Part shown: piece after piece, positions 56,401 to 64,000 of the stretch | Layout of the letters: the number at the start of each line of letters is the position of its first letter | Position numbering within the stretch: position 1 is the first letter of the stretch | From: Camelus ferus | Lineage: Eukaryota | Length of the DNA: 64,000 nt | Assembly: GCF_009834535.1 (NCBI RefSeq) | Contig: NC_045696.1 | Span: forward strand, 96,722,001 to 96,786,000 | Reading direction: 5' to 3' | Notes under the pieces: model-generated | Database searches by the model: none | What the model was told of the DNA's origin: nothing | What the model saw: the letters and a program-made list of their open reading frames with translations, nothing else | Translations under genes and position numbers: made by a program

Positions 56401-59096
56401 CAAAAAAACAAAACACCTAGAAATAACTTTTTTTTGAAATAAACTTAACCAAGGAGGTTACCTACCATTTTTTAAAGTAATGTTTTGCTCACAATATGGC
56501 AAGAAATTAAACTAATCAAAAGTTTTTCAACATTTCTTAAGAATGGTTTTGCTTGGGAATACTGGACAAAAGTGTTAAATTAAAATTAAAATAGACCCAA
56601 GATTTTTGTACTAAGGTAAAAACATATTCCACAAGACAAAAGTATACATGAAAGCCACGTTAATACTGATGATACATTGGTTCCCATAAAGTAGACAACC
56701 TTCTTGGTACATGATGCTTTACAATAGGTATGTCTATTTTAGGGGAACTAATTATCAATTGAATTCATCCTAAAAATTATAGTGACTCATTACATTTTTG
56801 TTCATACATATAGTTTTGTTCACACACACATTATTTAAAGCAAATATTTTATTTCACACTTCCCTACATAGAAGCAAAACTGTGAGAAAGTGCTGCAAGA
56901 CATTTTGGAACCACTAAGATACTATACTGGATTCCCAGTTTAAGCAACTTAAACAAATGTGAATACATGGATAGACAAAGTTTATCAGAAGAAACACAAA
57001 ATCAGGTTCATAACAGAACATAAACTGCATTATAGGTAAATAAAAGCAAAAATAAATATGGACTCAAAAACTGTTTAATAACTGAAACAATTTTTCTATA
57101 TTCCTAATGAGGAATTCATTTTAATTATAAGCGACTAAACGTAAAACTGTGAATAAAATGTAGGAGTAGCTTAATACAGTGTATTGACCCTTGCTATAAT
57201 TCCTTCTTTTTAATGCTTTACCCTTTTAATCAAAAGGGATCAACAATATGTTCTATTAGAAAGAAAAATCTAGAATGCACAGTACTTTGCATTAAAGCAA
57301 CAAATAAATGCCAGAGTTCCACACAGAATAGCTGCTTAAAAACAATAATTACATAAAATATTGTACCTATATTATATCTTTTTAAAACTTAACTAGTCTT
57401 TCTAGATACTCACATACCATTTATTGCTCTAGGCCTGAGTTAATATGAGAAAACAGTTACTGGGCTTCAGCAAACAAAGGGCCCATGCCAAAGATATGAT
57501 GATTATTCCTTTTTTTAAAAAATTTTTAAATGTAATTTAACTTAATTTAATTTTTTAAACATTTTTTATTGAGTTATAGTCATTTTACAATGTTGTGTCA
57601 AATTCCAGTGCAAAGCACAATTTTTCAGTTATACATAAACATACATATATTTATTACATTTTTTTTTTGCTGTGAGCTACCGCAAGATCTTGTATATATT
57701 TCCTGTGCTATACAGTATAATCTTGTTTATCTAAACAATATGGAACACTTCACGAATTTGCGTGTCATCGTTGTGCAGGGGCCATGCTAATCTTCTCTGT
57801 ATCATTCCAATTTTAGTATATGTGTTGCCAAAGCAAGCACTGATGATTATTATAATATACTTTTTCCAATCCTTACAACCACTGAAATATATATAAATTT
57901 AGAAAAATAACTCAATTTTGATTATCTTAATGGCTTCAACTAGGCAAGCTGATTGGACAATATGGTCTTCATGTAAGGACCATTAATGGTCTACATGCCT
58001 AGCATCCAGGCTCCCCGTTTAAGGAGACTTTTAGGACATATCCAGGGGTGAGAATATAATTAGTCTTGGTGACCTGATTAAAAATGGAATAATTCACAGA
58101 ATGGCCATCATTCAAAAGTCTACAAATGATAACTGCTGGAGAGGCTGTGGAGAAAAGGGAACCCTCCTACACTGTTGGTGGGAATGCAGTATGGTGCAGC
58201 CATTATGGAAAACAATAGGGAGATTCCTCAAGAAACTAAAAACAGACTTACCATATGATCCAGCAATCCCACTCCTCGGCATGTATCTGGAGGGAACTAA
58301 ATTTCAAAAAGATACATGCACCCCAATGTTCATAGCAGTGCTATATACAATAGCCAAGACATGGAAACAACCTAAATGTCCATTGATAGATGACTAGATA
58401 AAGAAGCTGTGGTAGATATAAAATGGAATACTACTCAGCCACAAAAAATAATAAAATAATGCCATTTGCAGCAACATGGACAAACCTGGAGATCGTCATT
58501 CTAAGTGAAGCAAGCCAGAGAGAGGAAGAAAAAAACCATATGATATCACTCACATGTGGAATCTAAAAAAAAAAAAAAAAAAAAAAAAGAAAGAAAAGGA
58601 AAAGAAAAAAGAAGACACTAATGAACTTAGGTACAAAACAGAAATAGATTTACAGATACAGTAAACAAATTTATGGTTATCTGGGGGAAAGGAGGTTGGA
58701 AGGGATAAATTGGGAGTTCAATGTGTGCATATAACTACTATATGTAAAATAGAAAACAAATCTCTGCTGTATAGCACAGGGAACTATATTCAATGTCTTA
58801 TAGTAACCCATAATGGAAAAGAATATGAAAGCAATTATATGCATGTATATGTATGACAAACATTATACTGTATACCAGAAACTGATGCACTGTAACTGAC
58901 TATATTTCAATTGAAAGAAAGAAAAGAAAGAAAGAAAGAAAGAAGAAAGAAAGGAAGGAAGGAAGGAAGGAAGGAAGGAAGGAAGAAAGGAAGGAAGGAA
59001 GGAAGGAAGGAAGGAAGGAAGAAAGGAAGAAAGGAAGAAAGGAAGAAAGGAAGAAAGGAAGAAAGGAAGAAAGGAAGAAAGGAAGAAAGGAAGAAA

Positions 59097-59138
<42 letters not shown>

Positions 59139-61542
59139 AATTCAAAGATGAGCAAGAGCCGAGCCAAGCCAAAGACAGCCAGCCTCGAGACTGGCACCAA
59201 TACTAATGTACTTTTTCTTTTGGGGCTGCTGAGCTGGTTGAATGGAAACATGGAGCTCCCAATTAGGACATTAACCTGAGAATAAATTTAATCAAAACGA
59301 AAGCAAGAGCCCCAGATGAATAAAAACAGATTTCTGGAATCATGTGAGTACCTGGGTGTAACATTAGAAGCTTTAACATTATATGAGATTAAAAAATCCC
59401 CTTTTCACCTGCTTTAGCTTTTTGTCATTTCCAATTAAAAATCATAACTAATAAAATTTACTGTATAATATTTAATTATTCACAACTTCAAAATTCCATG
59501 AGTGTAAGTTTAAAAAAGGATTTTATAAGTAAAATAATCTATTATTAACTAAAATACCTATACTAAAAATGTTTAAAAGATTAATCAGTGTGCTCTAGTG
59601 AAAGAAAAATGGACCATCGGGTTGAATGATTGAATATAATCCTGACTCTGCCAATTTGCCATGTGAATCTGACAACTTAATTTCTACGGGCCACTATGAG
59701 AATACAAGCAGCAGACTGACTAGATGACCCTTAAGCTCTTACTAAGTCCTTGATTTTAAGCACTGTAAGAAGATTGTCATTCTTGATTAATTTGACTACA
59801 AATAAAGTGGCTATCCTTCATTAATTTAGCCCTCCATTAAACATACAATGTTTATTATTTACCAGGCATTGTACCTGGTACTGAGAAGACACCAATGAAT
59901 AAGATTCTGCCTCTGCCATTAAGAAGTTCACAATCTAGCAGGGGAGAAAAGTATCTAAACAACCAGATATTATCCTCCATGATAAGTGGGGAAAAAAAAT
60001 CAAGTATTTATGAGGTTCAAAAACAGCCTGGTGAGAGACTATCTGTGAAGACTGACAAAAGACTTCACAAAGTAATGATGTCTAAAATGAAATTCAAAAG
60101 ATAAAAAGAAGTCAGCCAAATCAAGAGAAAGACGATAGTCCTAGATTGAGGAAATAGGTTGTTCAAGGGTTTTATAAGCAGTTCAATATTGATGGAGAAC
60201 AAAATAGGATGAGGTGGCATGGAATAAAATGAATGCCAAGAGCTATTCAGGGATTATAAAGAGTTCCATATACTATGCTAAACAGGATGGAATTCATCCT
60301 GTAATCAGTGAGGAGCCACTGTAAGGATTTCAAAAGGGAAAAAAACGGATCAGATCTTTAAATGTACTAATTTTTAAATTAAAGTTCAAATAAGCATTTA
60401 GTATTCCAAAATTGTGAATAACATAAAAACTACCTTTATGAAGCTACAGGAAAAAAATTCATTTAATTATGTAATTATGCTGTTTAAACAGTATCTGTCT
60501 GGCATGTTATCTACCAAATTGTAGTCAGTACTTGATAAGTGTTTGATGAATGAACTGTGGTAGTCAGACTGAATATGAACGGGCATGGTGTTTAACAACA
60601 AAGGTCTCAAAATGGAGAATGGCAAAAAGTGCAAAGGTTTTTAAGGGTCCTTTCAAACCTCAGGAGAAATAAACCCTTTCCTCAAAAGTAGACAACCTTG
60701 TTTCCTCAATGGCTTTTTTTCTTTCTATATGTTATTAAATTATTGGTGACTTAAATCAGAGCCTTGTTTTCCCTTTTAACTCTCTTCGCCTTACTTGATA
60801 TCCATATATGAGATTCCCAGCCATCACTCTAATCTAGAGTCATCGCAGACATTGTCCAAGACTAAGTTTATTATCTTCTCCAACATTATAAACTCTGCCT
60901 CAGCTTCAAAACCTAATGTTCTAACGTTGCTGCTTTATAATGCTCACTGCTACCTCCCCCAGACCAGTCTTACTTACTTAAAGCCTACTCTACCGTAACT
61001 CCACTCGCGCTACTCAGTCCTCCAAACTTAATTAAAGCAACAAGCACAGAATCTGGCATTACTTAAATTCAAGTGTATTTAATAAGTGTGGTTATTCTAG
61101 TAGATTAAGTCAAATGTTTATGTTTTTTCCCTATTACAGAGCTAAATGACTCCACACTGTCAACAAGGGCTGTCAACAGATAGGCGTTTGTGTAATACCA
61201 GTATTGCAGACCCACGGTAACAAACTCCACTAGCACTCTGTTCATACGCCCCTTCCTCTATTCCTTCAGAACTTGAAGCGTCAGGAAAGAATGATGGATG
61301 GGCAAAGGGGTGGGTGGGGGAAGAATGCTGGAGCCCAGAGGACGAGGCCTCACTTCCGACTGCCACGCTACACCAATTCCAAGAGGTCCCCCGGCCTTCC
61401 GCAAGCCACAAGAAAAGGCGAATAGGACTCCAAGGCTTCTCGGGTGGTCAATAAGGGGAAAGACACAAAAAATATTGCTCTGAAGAAACAGTCTCTTGCT
61501 CGTTCAGAACTCACCCGTCAGGAGCGGCGTGGACGGCGCCAT
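22364..61542 (-). CDS. EIF2A: Eukaryotic translation initiation factor 2A, complete 14-exon CDS (585 aa)
   Basis: Exons: 61515-61542, 47758-47827, 41408-41482, 38658-38776, 37409-37508, 36974-37056, 33884-33957, 33600-33744, 33287-33403, 30311-30882, 26870-26983, 23917-24045, 23044-23109, 22364-22429. All introns GT-AG, phases consistent, total 1758 nt, [15 protein letters not shown]...LEDLELGI*. Confidence 0.98.
23044..23109 (-). CDS. EIF2A: EIF2A exon 13
   Basis: 66 nt, [22 protein letters not shown]. Confidence 0.96.
23917..24045 (-). CDS. EIF2A: EIF2A exon 12
   Basis: 129 nt, [43 protein letters not shown]. Confidence 0.96.
25165..25935 (+). mobile_element. L1 ORF2 C-terminus and 3' UTR
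   Basis: GTATGGAGGTTCCTCAAGAAACTAAAAATAGAGCTACCATACGATCCAG and typical 3' UTR. Confidence 0.85.
26870..26983 (-). CDS. EIF2A: EIF2A exon 11
   Basis: 114 nt, [38 protein letters not shown]. Confidence 0.96.
30311..30882 (-). CDS. EIF2A: EIF2A exon 10
   Basis: 572 nt, [35 protein letters not shown]...[17 protein letters not shown]. Confidence 0.98.
31342..31382. repeat. (CA)n microsatellite
   Basis: About 18 uninterrupted AC units. Confidence 0.95.
33287..33403 (-). CDS. EIF2A: EIF2A exon 9
   Basis: 117 nt, [38 protein letters not shown]. Confidence 0.97.
33600..33744 (-). CDS. EIF2A: EIF2A exon 8
   Basis: 145 nt, [48 protein letters not shown]. Confidence 0.97.
33884..33957 (-). CDS. EIF2A: EIF2A exon 7
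   Basis: 74 nt, [24 protein letters not shown]. Confidence 0.95.
34764..35246 (+). mobile_element. MER47/Tigger5-type TcMar DNA transposon
   Basis: Ends CTGATCTTCCTCGGCTTATTGATGG and CCATCATTAAGTTGGGGACCATCTG form degenerate TIRs. Confidence 0.75.
36974..37056 (-). CDS. EIF2A: EIF2A exon 6
   Basis: 83 nt, [27 protein letters not shown]. Confidence 0.95.
37409..37508 (-). CDS. EIF2A: EIF2A exon 5
   Basis: 100 nt, [33 protein letters not shown]. Confidence 0.96.
38455..38573 (-). mobile_element. tRNA-derived SINE (vic-1-like)
   Basis: Same family; TSD TAATTATTTTCTT / TAATTACTTTCTT. Confidence 0.87.
38658..38776 (-). CDS. EIF2A: EIF2A exon 4
   Basis: 119 nt, [39 protein letters not shown]. 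Confidence 0.96.
41408..41482 (-). CDS. EIF2A: EIF2A exon 3
   Basis: 75 nt, [29 protein letters not shown] flanks. Confidence 0.95.
42650..43100 (+). mobile_element. L1 ORF2 C-terminal fragment
   Basis: ORF 42688-43119 reads [31 protein letters not shown]...[22 protein letters not shown]. Confidence 0.9.
44018..44729 (-). pseudogene. Processed pseudogene fragment of ZFP64 (non-canonical transcript)
   Basis: 44514-44304 reads [69 protein letters not shown], with a frameshift near 44445. This resembles the alternative C-terminal isoform of ZFP64 as I recall it. Degenerate TSD at 44001-44017 and 44730-44745. Confidence 0.85.
45515..45995. mobile_element. Two MER5-type hAT-Charlie remnants (about 45515-45690 and 45810-45995)
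   Basis: TTCTCAAAGTATGGTCCC...CATTACCTGGGAACTTGTTAAAA...TTTAACAAGCTCTTCAGATGATTCTGATG. Confidence 0.65.
46065..46218 (-). mobile_element. tRNA-derived SINE (vic-1-like)
   Basis: Reverse complement ATAGCTCAAGTGGTAGAGCACATGCTTAGCATGCACAGGGTCCTGGGTTCAATCCCC. Confidence 0.85.
47758..47827 (-). CDS. EIF2A: EIF2A exon 2
   Basis: 70 nt, [28 protein letters not shown] flanks. Confidence 0.95.
48035..48375 (+). mobile_element. MLT1-type MaLR LTR
   Basis: GATGGTATTTGGAGATGGAGCCTTTGG...CTAGAACTGTAAGAAAGAAATTTCTGTT...GTAGCCTGAACTGACTAAAGACA. Confidence 0.8.
50158..50290 (+). mobile_element. tRNA-derived SINE (vic-1-like), B-box region deleted
   Basis: GGGGGGAGAGTATAGCTCAAATGGTAGAGCTCATGCTTAGCATGCACGAGG joined directly to the AT-rich tail. 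Confidence 0.8.
50832..50870 (+). pseudogene. 3'-truncated U2 snRNA retrocopy (~39 nt)
   Basis: ACTGCTTCTTCCTGGCTTTTTGGCTAAGACTAAATGCAG versus the U2 5' end ATCGCTTCTCGGCCTTTTGGCTAAGATCAAGTGTAG. Flanked by AGAAACATTTTGT and AGAAAAATTTTGT. Confidence 0.75.
50933..51119 (-). mobile_element. Short L1 3' end with TSD
   Basis: TSD TATGAAGTTTAATTCTTT on both sides; a similar minus-strand copy at about 47340-47540. Confidence 0.8.
52047..55187 (+). mobile_element. LINE-1 with intact 5' UTR, ORF1 and 3' end but nearly all of ORF2 missing
   Basis: 5' end GAGAGAGAAGCAAGATGG (YY1-like) and GC-rich 5' UTR. ORF1, then a jump at about 54419 to the ORF2 C-terminus, 3' UTR and A-rich tail. TSD-like AAGATTTAATTCCT / AACACTTAATTCCT. 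Confidence 0.93.
53378..54277 (+). pseudogene. L1 ORF1p (299 codons) broken by one in-frame TAA at 53726-53728
   Basis: ORFs 53378-53728 and 53858-54277 share a frame with no other stop between them. Coiled coil ([14 protein letters not shown]), RRM ([20 protein letters not shown]) and CTD (ARREW, YPARLSF) motifs. Confidence 0.93.
57508..57732 (-). mobile_element. L1 3' end fused to U6
   Basis: Matches the L1 3' end at 54941-55110. A-rich tail. TSD TGATGATTATT at 57497-57507 and 57841-57851. Confidence 0.92.
57733..57840 (-). pseudogene. U6 snRNA retrocopy, 5' part of a U6/L1 chimera
   Basis: Minus strand reads GTGCTTGCTTTGGCAACACATATACTAAAATTGGAATGATACAGAGAAGATTAGCATGGCCCCTGCAC...GTGTTCCATATTGTTT. 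ACAGAGA box present, CpG decay, inserted between TSDs. Confidence 0.96.
58097..58912 (+). mobile_element. 5'-truncated L1 (ORF2 C-terminus and 3' UTR)
   Basis: ORF 58101-58397 reads [26 protein letters not shown], the ORF2 zinc knuckle. Confidence 0.92.
58913..59140. repeat. Compound (GAAA)n/(GGAA)n/(GGAAGAAA)n purine microsatellite grown from the L1 tail
   Basis: About 228 bp of pure purine on the plus strand. Confidence 0.95.
61515..61542 (-). CDS. EIF2A: EIF2A coding exon 1 (MAPSTPLLT)
   Basis: ATG at 61542, 28 nt, GTGAGT donor. Confidence 0.96.
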
Positions 61543-62245
61543 CTTGTGCCGGAAAGAGAAACTCATACGCTTGGGTCAGAGTTCACGACAACCGAACCCG
61601 GCCCCAACACGTCTCCCCCGGCGTGGAGGCGGTGAACAGGTGTTTCCGGGGCTACCAGCCTCGGAGCCAATTCACTTCCGGTTGGAGAGAGACGAGGCAA
61701 AGGAGCCCGAATGCGCACGCGCAGCTCTAAGGCTCTACTATTCGGAGCGTGGGAGGGCAGAGCTACGGCCGGTGCTCCTGCCTTCACCCTCCCTCTCTCT
61801 CTTTCTCAGCAGGCGGAGCTCGCACTTCCGCGGGGCGGAGCCCGCCCAGTGCTGACGTTGGCATCCGAACCCGAAGTAGTTCGCGGCGACGGGCTGCACT
61901 GTCCGGTTGTTGCGTTGCGCTTCCTTCCTCTTAGTCCACGCTCCAGGCGGCGGCCAGAGCGGCGGCGCGAGAATATCGCGGAGGCCTGCTTTCCTCCTCC
62001 CGAGTGGCCGCCTCGCTCGCCGGACAGCCCGGTGTCGTCAGCTAGTCGGCGGCCCGCGCCTCGCTAGCGCTCAGCCCCCCGCGCCTGCCGCGCCCAGGCC
62101 CAGGGACCCGAGCTAGCTTCCCGCCTGAGAGCCTTCTCGCTCCGGCGGCGCGGGCACCGGGAGCGGAGCGTCGGTCGCGGCGGCCCGAGAGGAGGCCAGC
62201 GAGTGAGACCGAGGGGTGGCCGGGGCAGGTGGTCGCGCCGCGAAG

Positions 62246-62329
62246 ATGGTCGCCAAGCAGCGGATCCGTATGGCCAACGAGAAGCACAGCAAGAACATCA
62301 CCCAGCGCGGCAACGTCGCCAAGACCTCG
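62246..62329 (+). CDS. SERP1: Stress-associated ER protein 1 (RAMP4), coding exon 1
   Basis: MVAKQRIRMANEKHSKNITQRGNVAKTS, 84 nt, GTAAGG donor. Confidence 0.97.
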
Positions 62330-62587
62330 GTAAGGGACGAGTGGGAGCCCCTCTCGGTTCCGCAGCCGGGTCTAAGGCCCGGGCCCAGGGCCGCGTCGAG
62401 CTCTCCTCCCCAGACCCGGGCGGCTCAGGAGCCCGACGCCGCGAGCTGGACGCGAAGCTGGGAGCTCGGGGAGGTGGGAAACTCGGGAACGGTGAGGGGA
62501 CCCAGCGACCTGGCCGGGGTGCAGGCGGTGGGAGCCCGGGTCAGAGAGGTTTTTTGCATTAGAAACCGTGGATTTTCCTTTTTGCAG

Positions 62588-62663
62588 AGAAATGCTCCCG
62601 AAGAGAAGGCGTCTGTAGGACCCTGGTTATTGGCTCTCTTCATTTTTGTTGTTTGTGGTTCTG
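62588..62663 (+). CDS. SERP1: SERP1 coding exon 2
   Basis: RNAPEEKASVGPWLLALFIFVVCGS, 76 nt, TTTGCAG acceptor and GTAAGT donor. Confidence 0.97.
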
Positions 62664-62713
62664 GTAAGTGTTTTGGGGGCGACCATCGGGTAGGGTATTG
62701 GGTGACGGGGTTG

Positions 62714-62723
62714 GATGACGTGG
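62714..62723 (+). promoter_or_regulatory. UPRE (XBP1s/ATF6/CREB3-type) motif GATGACGTGG in SERP1 intron 2
   Basis: Exact TGACGTGG at 62716-62723. Confidence 0.55.
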
Positions 62724-63864
62724 TGACCCATCAATGGTGAATTCTACCCGCGTCTTCTCAACCCACCTGCCGGGAGCTCCGCATAATTCTATTTCATCTG
62801 AACCAAATTACTCGTCCCACATATGCACAGAGGGTGGTGCTCTAGAAACTTCTCCCAGCTGGATTTGAGCTCACAGGAGAGCAGAAAAAGGAGGTCAGGT
62901 CTTTAGTAATGGTCAAGTTGAAAGAAATTTAGACCAAAACAAAAATATGTCTAGGAATGAGAATGTAGAATATTTTGCAACGTTTGTAAAAGAGAAGCCT
63001 ATGAACATTATGTACATATGGATGTTTGAACCTAATTTAACATGTTCCAGAATGTAATGTCTTTATGTCAAAACTGTGTATATTTTATAAAGTAAAGCTA
63101 CTGTGAAGAATTGATTTACTATAGAGGAAGTGTACCTTGTTGGCAATTTAATGTGTGAGACAAATGTTTTTAGTTTAATTAAAGAAGCGTTTGACATATG
63201 GTAGGAAAAATTAGTTACGAGGGCAGACTGCTTTCAGAGTAGTAGACTCTTGCCTCTGCAAGTGGATTACAGAATGCCTTTCCTCTCTTCATTTATCATC
63301 TTAACATGCAAGCTGTTAATACGGAAGTACGTGTTTCTATTTTCCACATTCTGACATTTTAAAGTTACTGAGGTTTCTCTTAAACATTTTATTTTGCCTG
63401 TCTCCTAAACGTTCCAATTGGAAGCTTTCCTGATAAATGGCCAAGAGCCAAGCATTTTATGTAAGCTAAAGATTATTGAATTTCAGCTTTGTTAGAGTGA
63501 GGAAACATGCATATATAACAGGCCAAGTATACTTAATATTTAGGCTTAAACCAAAATAATTATGTGCTAGAAAAACCTGTTTGCTTTGGTGCTTTAGTTT
63601 CTTTCTAAAATGACTACTTACTTTGCTGTCTTAGGCATTTAGGCATAAAATTCAGGGAAACTCAGACAAAAAATAACTTATGGACATTTTGTTGTTCTGT
63701 TAAAGGAGGCCTGTCTTTACTTCGTATTACTATGAAGTTACATAGCATTTGCAAGTAATTGTAAGGGTACTCTTGGGTTTTTGAACTACCTTAATAAATA
63801 TTTGTCAGTTGCTAGGCCTGTTGTATTCAAAGCATGCTTTAATATTTGCTCTTTCTCTTTACAG

Positions 63865-63905
63865 CAATTTTCCAGATTATTCAAAGTATCAGGATGGGCA
63901 TGTGA
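63865..63905 (+). CDS. SERP1: SERP1 coding exon 3 with stop; 3' UTR continues off the window
   Basis: (A)IFQIIQSIRMGM*, 41 nt. Total CDS 201 nt = 66 aa. Confidence 0.97.
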
Positions 63906-64000
63906 AGTGACTGACCTTAAGATGTTTCCATTCTCCTGTGAATTTTAACTTGAACTCATTCCTGATGTTTGATACCCTGGTTAAAAACAATTCAGTAAAG

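Larger units (their letters stand above)
61440..62560. promoter_or_regulatory. CpG-island bidirectional promoter EIF2A(-)/SERP1(+)
   Basis: Start codons at 61542(-) and 62246(+), about 700 bp apart. ETS/GABP-type ACTTCCG near 61674 and 61824, NRF1-like TGCGCACGCGC near 61712, GC box near 61832, TGACGT at 61853. Confidence 0.9.

Noticed and set aside
57733..57840. Functional U6 gene
   Set aside because: CpG transitions, L1 fusion and TSD indicate a retrocopy; no U6 promoter context came with the insertion.
58900..59279. K/E/R-rich and F/L/S-rich ORFs
   Set aside because: These are translations of the GAAA/GGAA microsatellite.
61160..62643. Many short ORFs on both strands in the EIF2A/SERP1 promoter
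   Set aside because: CpG-island composition artefacts with no recognisable domains.

Overview
Mammalian genomic DNA, probably camelid (inferred from tRNA-derived vic-1-like SINEs). It is the SELENOT - EIF2A - SERP1 locus. The window holds coding exon 1 of SELENOT (minus strand; the rest of the gene runs off the left edge). It also holds the complete 14-exon EIF2A CDS (minus strand; all introns GT-AG; exons sum to 1758 nt = 585 aa + stop) and the complete 3-exon SERP1/RAMP4 CDS (plus strand; 201 nt = 66 aa + stop), head-to-head with EIF2A across a CpG-island bidirectional promoter. Intergenic and intronic DNA is rich in L1, SINE, LTR and DNA-transposon remnants. I see no evidence for a wholly new biological system. 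The best leads are retrotransposition fossils and regulatory or isoform features: a TSD-flanked retrocopy of a non-canonical ZFP64 transcript; an ORF1-only L1 with a 325-codon antisense ORF in its 5' UTR; a U6/L1 chimera; a polyadenylated LTR-derived short retroelement; a tail-less H3.3A retrocopy; a truncated U2 copy; an in-frame, stop-free SERP1 intron 1; a perfect UPRE in SERP1 intron 2; and a TOP+TISU start for EIF2A. Gene and repeat-family names come from recognition by eye, not from database searches.
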